From Akkermansiaceae bacterium UBA5689 (GTDB taxonomy: Bacteria > Verrucomicrobiota > Verrucomicrobiia > Verrucomicrobiales > Akkermansiaceae): a DNA stretch of 64,000 nucleotides. This document shows, piece after piece, positions 47,227-55,848 of the stretch (position 1 is the stretch's first letter; the number at the start of each line of letters is the position of its first letter). Location of the stretch: positions 2,261-66,260 of the forward strand of contig DIHT01000133.1 in NCBI GenBank assembly GCA_002420305.1. Direction: 5' to 3'. The position numbers were made by a program, and so were the translations under genes. The notes beneath the pieces were generated by a model. The model was not told where the DNA came from. It did not search any database and was given only the letters and a program-made list of their open reading frames with translations.

Positions 47227-48738
47227 ATGGCTGTAACCCTTAAATGTGCTGCTTGTGGCGCCGAAGTCGTTTTTGAGGAGCTCAACTCAAAAGCAGAAAA
47301 AACGTGCCCCGGGTGCCAGGTGAAAGTTCGCTACCGCGAATGCGATGAGCAAATGGCAATTCCTGTCAGTATGGCTCTCCCGGAAGAATTTGCCCCCATC
47401 GACTTGAGTTCGGTCGCAGACAAATCGGCCCTCCTGGTGGAGCGCTACAAGAAACCCGACGCCGAATCCTCCGAAAGCGAAACGACGGATGTCACTCTTG
47501 CCAGAGCACTGAAGGCTCTTGCTGAGAGCGTGGGAGTTTTGGATGAAAGGCTAAATCGGCATGAGGGGAAGGCGCCGCTACCGCCTGAAGAAGAGGGCAC
47601 AGATCATAAAAAGAAATGGGAGGAATCCGTTGAGGTTTCAACTGACGAGGAAAGTGTAGACGGGGAAGCGAGGAGTAACCGGGAGAGCATCTCGGGAGTT
47701 ATCCATCTGGACCCTCAAGAAGCGGAAGGGAGCAAAGAACCTACCAAGGCGAACCCAGTTGAAGCCCGGGTATTGGTCCGGCGCGAAGCGGCTCAAATAG
47801 CACATAACTTTCAGCGGGAAAGAAACGGGCAGAAGGATTGGACAGAGGAGGCAAGCTCTTTGCGCCATGGTACTGGGGGTTCGGGGCTCATTCGGAGCTT
47901 TCCAAAAACCACTGTTCTTGTCGCCGTGACCGGGGTCGCCCTGCTGAGTATGGTTGTGATTCTATGGACTGGGACCTTTCTTGCTCGCGGAGAGAAAGTG
48001 GGAGAAGAGCTAACGCTCGTAAGTCCCCAGACGACAGGCCTGAGTCAGCTGATGGAAGATGACCCGGAAGCCGCGATGGCCGAGACTGTTGCCCGGGGTT
48101 ACCTGAATGCGACCAGCGCGCAAGCAGCTCTGCCATTCGTGTGGCAATCAGAAATCATCCGCAATAAGTTTGAGCGCTATTTTAAACCTCTCGCACAGCC
48201 TGACGCTTACGAACTTACTCTTCAGGATCGCGCAACTGGAAAGGGTGGCAAGCCACAGTTTCTCTATAGAATTGACTCTCCGGGCGAGAAGGAGAGAAGG
48301 CTTTTACTGCTACCTGAGGGATCCATGCCAAAAGTCTTCTGGGAATTTTTTGCGGAAGTGGGAGACATGCCGTGGTTAGACTTTCTTGCCAGTCAGCCAG
48401 AGGCTCCCGTTGAGATGCGGGTTTGGCTCCATCCGACGGACCTTTACGTCAGTGGATACGATAACGAGAAGTGGCAAAGCTATATCCTCCATGACCGTGC
48501 GGAGCAGCACAGGATTCTAGCGTATGCGCCGAGAGATCTTGGTGATGACTGGAAGATCTCGGATGCGTTGCGGAACCGGCCTGTCACCTTCAAACGCCAC
48601 GAGGCGGTGATGGCTCTTCTACTCCTGCGGCACAAAATGGAAGCTGATACGCAGGGGTTCTCAGGCGCGATAGTGGAAATCGAGGACGTTGTTTCAACGT
48701 CCTGGCTCCCGGATCGCTTCCGGGCTGGCAAGAATTGA
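47227..48738 (+). CDS. Hypothetical bitopic membrane protein: N-terminal zinc-ribbon, acidic linker, single TM, about 260-aa extracytoplasmic domain
   Basis: CAACGAEV…(17 aa)…CPGCQV (CxxC-N-CxxC). E/S-rich linker. TM TVLVAVTGVALLSMVVILWTGTF. I do not recognise the C-terminal domain. Confidence 0.6.
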   Translation: MAVTLKCAACGAEVVFEELNSKAEKTCPGCQVKVRYRECDEQMAIPVSMALPEEFAPIDLSSVADKSALLVERYKKPDAESSESETTDVTLARALKALAESVGVLDERLNRHEGKAPLPPEEEGTDHKKKWEESVEVSTDEESVDGEARSNRESISGVIHLDPQEAEGSKEPTKANPVEARVLVRREAAQIAHNFQRERNGQKDWTEEASSLRHGTGGSGLIRSFPKTTVLVAVTGVALLSMVVILWTGTFLARGEKVGEELTLVSPQTTGLSQLMEDDPEAAMAETVARGYLNATSAQAALPFVWQSEIIRNKFERYFKPLAQPDAYELTLQDRATGKGGKPQFLYRIDSPGEKERRLLLLPEGSMPKVFWEFFAEVGDMPWLDFLASQPEAPVEMRVWLHPTDLYVSGYDNEKWQSYILHDRAEQHRILAYAPRDLGDDWKISDALRNRPVTFKRHEAVMALLLLRHKMEADTQGFSGAIVEIEDVVSTSWLPDRFRAGKN

Positions 48739-48753
48739 CGGACGGCCTGAGCT

Positions 48754-50853
48754 TTAAACCAATCCGTTGCGCTCAAGTAGTGGTTGCAATTCCGGGTCCC
48801 GGCCCATGAAGTCACGGTAGAGTTCGTCCACGGGGCGTGAGTTGCCCTTACTCAGGATATGATCTCGGAACGCACGCCCCGTGTCAGGGTTCAGCACGCC
48901 CTCGGCTCTGAAGCGAGTGAATGCGTCGGCGTCGAGAACCTCTGACCATTTATAAGAGTAGTAGCCTGCGGCGTATCCTCCAGGGCTGTCGAACAGGTGG
49001 TTAAACTGGCGAGCAATGGTTGGAGTAGGCGAGGCCAGAACGGACTTATAGTTCTCCAGTATTTCTTGGTCCACCTCATCGAGGTCTCGATCGAGATACG
49101 CGGCGGGCTGAGTGTGAAGTTCGAGGTCAAGCTTCCCGAGTGCAAGCTGACGCATGGTGGCAGAAGCACTCAGATAGTTTCGGGCGGCGATCATTTTTTC
49201 AAACAGCTCTTCCGGAATAGGCTCGCCGGTTTCATGGTGTCGGGCAAAAAAGTTGAGAGAGTCCCGGTCCCAGCAGAAGTTCTCCATGATCTGGGAAGGT
49301 AGCTCGACCCAGTCGCGTGGCACATTCACCCCTGAAAGACTTTTTACCGGGACATCGCTGAGGAGTTGGTGAAGAAGATGGCCAAATTCATGGAAAATTG
49401 TTTCAACTTCGCTGTGTGTGAGAAGAGCAGGTTGGTCGCCGATGGGCTTGGTTAGATTACCGGTGATCAGCCCAAGATGCGGCTTGCGCTCGCTGTCTCC
49501 GCTTCCGGGCAACCCTGTTTCGAGGTAATTCATCCATGCTCCGCTGCGCTTTGATTCCCGGGGGTGCCAGTCAGCGTAGAAAGAGCCAAGGAGCTCCCCT
49601 GACTCCGAATCATGCAGGTCGTAAAAGCTGACTTCGGGGTGCCATACTTCAACTTCTTCCCCGGAGTGAGAGGACCCTGATTCGACGAAGATCCCTTGGC
49701 GTGGTGTGATAGTTACTCCGAAGAGTCGGCTGGTCAGACCGAACAGGCCTTCCATTACGTTGTCGACCTGGAAGTAGGGGCGCAGGTCTTCGTCATCAAA
49801 GTCATACTGTTCCTTCCGCTGTTTCTCTGCCCAGTAGGACACTTCCCATGGCTCCAAGCGGTTGGCTTCTTCGCCGGTTTTGCGGGCTTTGTAGCTTTCG
49901 ATCTGAAGGCATTCGTTACGGAACGCATCGACGATTCGCTCATGGAGGTCTTCAACAAATCCAAGTGCCCTGCTCCCGTTACCAACCATGCTCCGCTGTA
50001 AGTTGAGGTCGGCGAAATTTGCGAAGCCCAGCAACTCTGCTTTTTCTTGCCGGAGCCGGACGATTTCCCAGACGAGAGTTGAATTATCGAACTTGCCGCT
50101 GCGCCCAATGGAGCCTCTGCCCTCAAAGACCATTTTGCGGAGCTCCTCGCTGTCTGCATATTGCAGGACTGGATAGAAGGACGGAAATTGCATATTGAAA
50201 CGCCAGCAGGGAGCCTCTGGCGAACCGAGCCCCTTGGCTTCTGCATCTGCACGGGCAGAGGCCCGGCTGCTCTCCGGAAGCCCTGCTAGCAGGGCCTCGT
50301 CTTTCACAACGAGTTCCCATTCTTTTACGGAGTCCAGGACGTTTTCTCCGAACTTCTTGGTGGCCTTAGCCAACTCACTCTGCAACTGGGCCATGCGCGC
50401 TTTTTTATCCGGAGGCAAATCCGCTCCGGCGTCGCGGAATTCCGCACAGGTTTCTTCCACGAAGCGCTCCGACACAGGATCAAGTTTCTTTACGGAATCG
50501 GACTCCGAAAACGACTTCAAGCTTGCCCACAATTTAGCGTTGAGGGGAATGGAGGCGTGAAAGGCCGTGACCTTGGGAAGCATCTTGTTCAGCGCGCTTC
50601 GCTGGGTGTCGTTGTCTCGGACAGACGAGAGATGGTTGAGCCTGCCCCAGCCACGGGAGAGAGATTCGGTGGCAGCTTCGAGAGCGGCAAATGTATTGTC
50701 ATAGGTCAGCTGCTCGTGCGGAACGGAGCAGATTTCATCGATGCGCTGCTGGGCCTCAAGGATACCCGCTTCTATGTCGACCTCTACCTTTTCAGGGATC
50801 AGTTGAGACCAGGGAATGTGGAAGTTCTCAGCGAGGAAGGGATGATCGGCCAT
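48754..50853 (-). CDS. M3-family zinc metallopeptidase (oligopeptidase A / dipeptidyl carboxypeptidase-like)
   Basis: Trimmed to ATG 50853 (MADHPFLAENF). HExxH motif IFHEFGHLLHQLL. Typical M3 length. Confidence 0.9.
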   Translation of the reverse strand: MADHPFLAENFHIPWSQLIPEKVEVDIEAGILEAQQRIDEICSVPHEQLTYDNTFAALEAATESLSRGWGRLNHLSSVRDNDTQRSALNKMLPKVTAFHASIPLNAKLWASLKSFSESDSVKKLDPVSERFVEETCAEFRDAGADLPPDKKARMAQLQSELAKATKKFGENVLDSVKEWELVVKDEALLAGLPESSRASARADAEAKGLGSPEAPCWRFNMQFPSFYPVLQYADSEELRKMVFEGRGSIGRSGKFDNSTLVWEIVRLRQEKAELLGFANFADLNLQRSMVGNGSRALGFVEDLHERIVDAFRNECLQIESYKARKTGEEANRLEPWEVSYWAEKQRKEQYDFDDEDLRPYFQVDNVMEGLFGLTSRLFGVTITPRQGIFVESGSSHSGEEVEVWHPEVSFYDLHDSESGELLGSFYADWHPRESKRSGAWMNYLETGLPGSGDSERKPHLGLITGNLTKPIGDQPALLTHSEVETIFHEFGHLLHQLLSDVPVKSLSGVNVPRDWVELPSQIMENFCWDRDSLNFFARHHETGEPIPEELFEKMIAARNYLSASATMRQLALGKLDLELHTQPAAYLDRDLDEVDQEILENYKSVLASPTPTIARQFNHLFDSPGGYAAGYYSYKWSEVLDADAFTRFRAEGVLNPDTGRAFRDHILSKGNSRPVDELYRDFMGRDPELQPLLERNGLV

Positions 50854-50964
50854 GAGCAGTAGCTTGGAATTCAAAGAGCCGAATGTCAAAGAACAGCACC
50901 GGAGAGAATAGGCTTAATGGATTTCCCATAGAACCAAGGAAGTCATCAGTCATCCCGAGGTGCG

Positions 50965-51000
50965 CAAAAAAGCCCCGCCGGAGACCAATCCGGCGGGGCT
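50965..51000 (-). terminator. Rho-independent terminator (minus strand)
   Basis: Minus strand reads AGCCCCGCCGG-ATTGGTCT-CCGGCGGGGCT followed by TTTTTG. 11-bp perfect stem at 50971-50981 / 50990-51000. Lies about 140 nt downstream of the UDG stop. Confidence 0.7.
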
Positions 51001-51141
51001 AGACCGTTTCTATAGACTGCAAAGAAGAGTAGAAAGGGTATGGGGCCGTCACAGGGTGCCGGTCACCTCAGACATGAAACGACGGATCAACGTTGATTCG
51101 TACAAGAAATTTCATTCTTGGGCCGAGAAACTTTCTGCGGC

Positions 51142-52197
51142 CTATTTTTCAGCGAAAAATGCGCGCTGCTTCTGAGATATCGGCATCTCAAGAAACTCCA
51201 TAACGCTTAACATATCTTCCCACACTTTGCGTTTCTCCGTGACTGCCGAATCGTTGTGAAGGAGGTAGGACGGATGGTAGGTCACCCTCAATGGAATACC
51301 CTCAAACTCATGCCACTGCTCTCGCATGCGGCCGACGGGTTGGTTTTCATAGTTCAGGAGCCCTTCTGCCGCCGTTCCGCCGAGGGCGACAATGCACTTG
51401 GGTCGTACGATTTCGATTTCTGCCCTCACGAAGGGAAGGCAGGCGTGCATCTCCAGAGGAGTTGGTTTTCGATTGTTGGTGGTCTGGTTTTTCAGCGCGG
51501 GCCGAAATTTACAGATATTGGAAATGTAGACGCTCTCCCGGGAAAATCCCATCGCCATCAGGATCTGATCCAGTTTTTGCCCGGCTTTTCCAACAAAGGG
51601 CTGGCCTCGCCGTTCTTCCTCGTAGCCCGGGGCTTCTCCAACCAGCATGAGCTCAGCCTCAGGGTTGCCCGTAGCGAAGACCATTGTGTCGCGTAGTGAT
51701 GACAGTGAAAGGGCAGGTTCCCATGTTTCGGCCTGCTTCCTGAGGGAAGCGAGTTTCTCGATTGCGCTTCCGCCCTCTGCTTTCAGCTTCGGAGGGGGGA
51801 CCTCAGTCTGTTGGCTGTTGCTGGAGTCAATATCCACTGCCTTAGGAACTGGAGGATGTCGGGGGCCAGCCTCATCCGAGCGCTTCCCTTTGCGGATTCT
51901 CTCGCGGAGGATCTCTTTAGCTTCTTCATCGAGGCGAATGTAACGTTCGCCACTGCGTGCAAGCTGCTGAAGATACTCGATGAGCGAGTGAACCGGGGAC
52001 ACCGTCCCAAGGAAGCAGGAAGAGTCGCGGGGACCAAGCCCCAACTCAGGGCTCCCGGCGTTGCGGATGGCCAGTTCAAGTTCGGGCGTCGCCCGAGGTT
52101 CGTCCTGTGCGCGAATAGTTTTGTGAATAAAGTATTGTCGGAGTGGGCCCTTTAGACTAAAAAATGCGGCCGAGCACTTCCTTGGTCTTATTGACAA
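51142..52197 (-). CDS. Family-4 uracil-DNA glycosylase with an N-terminal extension
   Basis: Motif LMLVGEAPGYEEERRGQPFVGKAGQ and C-terminal HPSYLL. The start is uncertain: the ORF maximum is TTG 52197, and an in-frame GTG at 52002 is possible. No internal ATG before the UDG core. Confidence 0.8.
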   Translation of the reverse strand: MSIRPRKCSAAFFSLKGPLRQYFIHKTIRAQDEPRATPELELAIRNAGSPELGLGPRDSSCFLGTVSPVHSLIEYLQQLARSGERYIRLDEEAKEILRERIRKGKRSDEAGPRHPPVPKAVDIDSSNSQQTEVPPPKLKAEGGSAIEKLASLRKQAETWEPALSLSSLRDTMVFATGNPEAELMLVGEAPGYEEERRGQPFVGKAGQKLDQILMAMGFSRESVYISNICKFRPALKNQTTNNRKPTPLEMHACLPFVRAEIEIVRPKCIVALGGTAAEGLLNYENQPVGRMREQWHEFEGIPLRVTYHPSYLLHNDSAVTEKRKVWEDMLSVMEFLEMPISQKQRAFFAEK

Positions 52198-52219
52198 TCA
52201 AGCCTCCCTGCCTGTCTTC

Positions 52220-52957
52220 ATGAAAGTCCTGCTCCTTAAATTGGCGTTGACCATTCTTGCCATAAGCATCTTGCCCAGCTGCAGCTTCTTCCAGCCGGCG
52301 GCCCCTCTGGCCGGTGCGACTTCGCAGAGCAAGCTGGAAAAGGGGAAGTCTGCCCAAGCTGCATGGCTTGGCTCTCTCTGGTCCTCCGCGGGAAGCGGTC
52401 GGCAGGGCGAAGGGTTTCTGCCGGCTCAGGTCGATCTCGCGGTGAAGGCCTCGGCCTCGACCCTGCCAGTCGACAGACACGGCCGGCCTACCTACCACAG
52501 TGAATCCGTGCGGCACCGTTACGTGCGCACAACGTCCTACTCCCATCAGGAGAACGAGGTTGGCGCAGAAGGCCGTCTTAACGCGATGGGCACGATCCTC
52601 AAGTATGGCCGGGTCAGGAGCGCGGCAGCTGATTGGTCCCGATATCCCGTGGGAACTGCATTTAGGATCAAGGGACTTCCGCAGGTCTACGTCGTCGATG
52701 ACTATGGACGCTCATTAGCAGGAACAAACACGATCGATATCTACCATCCCACGTTGAAGCTGATGAGAAAGTGGGCCACCCGGGATGTTGAGATCAATGT
52801 TATCCGATGGGGCTCTTGGGAGCAATCGGCGAATCTTCTTCGCGGACGGACCAAGTATGCGCATTGTGCGATGATGTATTATGCAACCCTCGCGAAGATT
52901 CGCCGGCAAAGGGTCGCCCAAGCCGCGGAGAGGGAAGCAGTCAATCCCTCTCTGTGA
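52220..52957 (+). CDS. 3D-domain lipoprotein (MltA/RlpA-like double-psi beta-barrel)
   Basis: Lipobox MKVLLLKLALTILAISILPSC. 3D-like segment TTSYSH…GRLNAMGT…AAADWSRYPVGT…VVDDYGRSLAGTNTIDIY. Confidence 0.6.
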   Translation: MKVLLLKLALTILAISILPSCSFFQPAAPLAGATSQSKLEKGKSAQAAWLGSLWSSAGSGRQGEGFLPAQVDLAVKASASTLPVDRHGRPTYHSESVRHRYVRTTSYSHQENEVGAEGRLNAMGTILKYGRVRSAAADWSRYPVGTAFRIKGLPQVYVVDDYGRSLAGTNTIDIYHPTLKLMRKWATRDVEINVIRWGSWEQSANLLRGRTKYAHCAMMYYATLAKIRRQRVAQAAEREAVNPSL

Positions 52958-52978
52958 GGAAGGCTCTCTCTCGATGAT

Positions 52979-53632
52979 ATGACGAGAGCAGAGAGAGCAG
53001 AATTTATTCGCCGGCGTCTCGCCGAACTCTATCCAGAGACACCCGTTCCTCTGGACCATAATGACGCTTTTACTCTCCTGATTGCAGTTCTGCTATCTGC
53101 ACAGTGCACGGATGCGCGGGTAAACGAGGTTACCCCGGGGCTATTTGCCCTCGCGGATACGCCGGAGCTCATGCAGGAAGTCCCAGAAGAGGAAATCAAG
53201 ACCGCAATCAGGTCTTGTGGTCTCGCTCCCCGGAAGGCCAAGGCGATTTCGGGCCTGTCGAGAATGCTCGTGGAGAATCATGGGGGAGAAGTGCCTGATT
53301 CCCTCGATGCCCTCGAAGCGCTCCCCGGTGTTGGTCATAAAACGGCCTCAGTAGTCATCTCACAGGCTTTTGGGGTTCCCGCTTTCCCGGTAGACACTCA
53401 CATCCACCGACTCGCTCAACGCTGGGGTTTGGCGAGTGGGAAAAACGTCGCAGACACAGAAAAGGCTCTCAAACAGCTGTTCCCGCGAGAAAGCTGGAAC
53501 CAGCTGCACCTGCAAATCATCTTCTATGGGAGGGAGTTTTGTAGTGCTCGGGGATGTGACGGGCGGGTGTGCGAAATCTGCCGCGCTTTGTTCCCCAGGC
53601 GCCGCTCTCCCGTCAAAACTAAAAAGGCTTAA
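52979..53632 (+). CDS. nth: Endonuclease III
   Basis: 217 aa. FTLLIAVLLSAQCTD, HhH-GPD LPGVGHKTASVV, Fe-S Cys cluster C-x6-C-x2-C near the C-terminus. Confidence 0.9.
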   Translation: MTRAERAEFIRRRLAELYPETPVPLDHNDAFTLLIAVLLSAQCTDARVNEVTPGLFALADTPELMQEVPEEEIKTAIRSCGLAPRKAKAISGLSRMLVENHGGEVPDSLDALEALPGVGHKTASVVISQAFGVPAFPVDTHIHRLAQRWGLASGKNVADTEKALKQLFPRESWNQLHLQIIFYGREFCSARGCDGRVCEICRALFPRRRSPVKTKKA

Positions 53633-53877
53633 AGGCCGATGAACTATTCAATGCGGTAAAATTGACTGGGGTAGTGGGCTTCCGCCGCTGGGGGGCTCTC
53701 CCTCTTAGGCCCTTTTTGCTCAAGGTTTAAACGGATATTCGCTCTCTCAGGTAGCAGCCCCCCCCTTATGGGGCAGCAGATTTTTCAAAACCAGTCTTTA
53801 CTCGTCCCCATCTCCTTGGAGAATCTCACGCCGCGCTACTTGCATCACAGACGCGCGTCAAGAACCCGGAATCAACC

Positions 53878-54666
53878 ATGATCTATAAAACCAAGAAAGG
53901 TCTCTTCAGCGCTTTTTCACTAGTGCTCACTACTCTCCTTGTCTCGGCTCCTGGCCTCATGGCGCAGGGTGAAGCGCCAACGGGTGATAAGAATGCTCTC
54001 CAGAAGTGGGTTCTGGATGGGGGCTGGCCAATGGGGCTCATTGCTCTCGCCATTATCGCCCTGCTCGCCCTCAGTGTTTTCAACTTTATCAATCTCACTA
54101 AGCCGAAGTTTTGCCCCGATGATCTCAAGGCTGCCCTGCTCGATCATATGATGAACTGCCGGGTTCGCTCCGCGATTGAGCTCGCGGCCTCCCACCCGAG
54201 CTACCTTGGCCGCATGCTTGCTTACTCCTTGCCCAATATTGATGCCACCAAGCCTGAGGACCTTGGAAGAGACGGAGTAGAGGATGCGGTTGCAGACTTT
54301 ACCATTAACGAAAGCCGGAAGAACATGGTCTGGATTAACTACATCGCGCTTATTGCTCAGGCAGCTCCCATGCTCGGTCTGTTTGGAACGGTGTATGGAA
54401 TGGTCAACGCGTTCGGGGTTCTCAGTTCGACTGGTGCAGCCGAGCCCGCTCAGCTTGCGGGAGATATCCAGATTGCGCTTCTGACTACCTTCTGGGGGCT
54501 GTTGACTGCCATCCCCTCCCTGATTTCCTACTTCTACTTCAAGAATAAGCTGAACAACTTGGTAGCAGAGGCTCATCACACCTCCGAGGAGTTGATCAAT
54601 GCTTCTATTCAGACCGTCAATCAGGACGCGTATCTGGCCAAGATCCCGGAAGGAATCGCAGTCTAA
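53878..54666 (+). CDS. exbB: MotA/TolQ/ExbB-family proton channel with a cleavable signal peptide
   Basis: 262 aa. Signal-like N-terminus, then 3 TM. Conserved region APMLGLFGTVYGMVNAF…QIALLTTFWGL. Confidence 0.85.
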   Translation: MIYKTKKGLFSAFSLVLTTLLVSAPGLMAQGEAPTGDKNALQKWVLDGGWPMGLIALAIIALLALSVFNFINLTKPKFCPDDLKAALLDHMMNCRVRSAIELAASHPSYLGRMLAYSLPNIDATKPEDLGRDGVEDAVADFTINESRKNMVWINYIALIAQAAPMLGLFGTVYGMVNAFGVLSSTGAAEPAQLAGDIQIALLTTFWGLLTAIPSLISYFYFKNKLNNLVAEAHHTSEELINASIQTVNQDAYLAKIPEGIAV

Positions 54667-54714
54667 GTAAGGGCGCCGCCGCTTCTGTTTTCGGCTTCTC
54701 AATCAGCATGACCT

Positions 54715-55185
54715 ATGGCTTCCAATAAACTGCGCGCTACCCAGCAAGAGCAGGAGGATGATACCCAGGTCGACATGTCGCCAATGATCGACATGGTCTT
54801 CCTTCTGCTGATTTTCTTTATCGTCAATGCCACCCTTATCATCGTGGAGATGGATAAGCGTGTGAAGGTGCCTATTGCGCGCTACTCTGAGAAACAGAAC
54901 GATAAGATGGGCCGCATCGTGGTCAACGTCTACAGCGATGAATTTGCGGGCGAGGGCCGCTTTCGGATGGCAGATGGCAAAGAGGTTTTTGCGGACGACG
55001 AGGATCTGGTCGACTTTATCAAGAAAGAGAAAGAGAACTGGGACCTCAAGGGGCAGAAAGCCAGACTTCACCTTCGCGCCGATGGCAAAGTACACTTTAC
55101 CTATGTCCGTCGTGTCATTCGCGCAGCGGCGGCAGCAGGAGTCAACGAGGTCATCTTTGTGAGCCTCTGGTCCCGTAGTAGCTAG
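54715..55185 (+). CDS. exbD: ExbD/TolR-family protein (copy 1)
   Basis: 156 aa. VDMSPMIDMVFLLLIFFIV (conserved Asp in the TM) and a periplasmic domain. Confidence 0.85.
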   Translation: MASNKLRATQQEQEDDTQVDMSPMIDMVFLLLIFFIVNATLIIVEMDKRVKVPIARYSEKQNDKMGRIVVNVYSDEFAGEGRFRMADGKEVFADDEDLVDFIKKEKENWDLKGQKARLHLRADGKVHFTYVRRVIRAAAAAGVNEVIFVSLWSRSS

Positions 55186-55208
55186 CATAAGCAAGGAGAA
55201 CTGATCCC

Positions 55209-55694
55209 ATGGCCAGACATCGTAGAGCTACCGCACTTGAGGAAGATAAGCCCGAGCTTAGCATTTCCCCGCTCATTGATATCTGTTTCCTTCTCCTGAT
55301 ATACTTTCTGGTCACTACCACCATTAAGCAGAAGGAGAGGGACAATAGTATGGCGCTTCCCTCGGCTGCGCCTTCCGAGGTTCAGCCAGATATCCAGCCC
55401 TTCTTCATCAAGGTCAGCAACGATGGCCATGTTTATGCCAACGTCGGGGCCGCTGAGGAGCTTCTCGATACTGAGGCGCAGGGCGCTGAACGGATCCTCC
55501 CGGTGCTCGATCAGCGACTGGAAATCTACTCCGCCGCTGCAAAAGCAGGCAACAACAAGCCTCTTGTTCAGATTTATGTTGAGGGGGAGGCAGAGCAACA
55601 AGTGGTCTCGGATGTCCTCAACCACCTCGCTAAGCACGATATTAGCACGGTCACCTTTACCGATCTCGTGGCTCAGGACGAGCAGCTCAAATAG
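55209..55694 (+). CDS. exbD: ExbD/TolR-family protein (copy 2)
   Basis: 161 aa. LSISPLIDICFLLLIYFLV and a periplasmic domain. Confidence 0.85.
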   Translation: MARHRRATALEEDKPELSISPLIDICFLLLIYFLVTTTIKQKERDNSMALPSAAPSEVQPDIQPFFIKVSNDGHVYANVGAAEELLDTEAQGAERILPVLDQRLEIYSAAAKAGNNKPLVQIYVEGEAEQQVVSDVLNHLAKHDISTVTFTDLVAQDEQLK

Positions 55695-55708
55695 GGTATT
55701 ACTGCTGC

Positions 55709-55745
55709 CCTCCAGCTACTACTAGTAGCGATTTTGTGCTGGAGG
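55709..55745 (+). other. Intercistronic stem-loop between exbD2 and the TPR gene
   Basis: CCTCCAGC (55709-55716) pairs with GCTGGAGG (55738-55745). The loop contains an inner palindrome CTACTAGTAG. No U-tract follows. Confidence 0.3.
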
Positions 55746-55848
55746 CCCCAATGAGGATCTAAGAAAATCTTCGCCCAAACGTTGGTGTTCTTGCCGGGCG
55801 CCCCGGTTTCTGAGAGAAAATCTATCTAGACTACAACCTCGATTCGAC

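Noticed and set aside
53751-53775. C8 homopolymer with flanking mirror repeat (GCAGCCCCCCCCTTATGGGGCAGC), about 115 nt upstream of exbB, considered as a phase-variation tract
   Set aside because: The tract is short, the flanks are a mirror repeat rather than an inverted one (so no hairpin), and there is no evidence of a promoter-spacing role. Similar C8/T8 runs occur inside coding regions (38951, 30956) without consequence.
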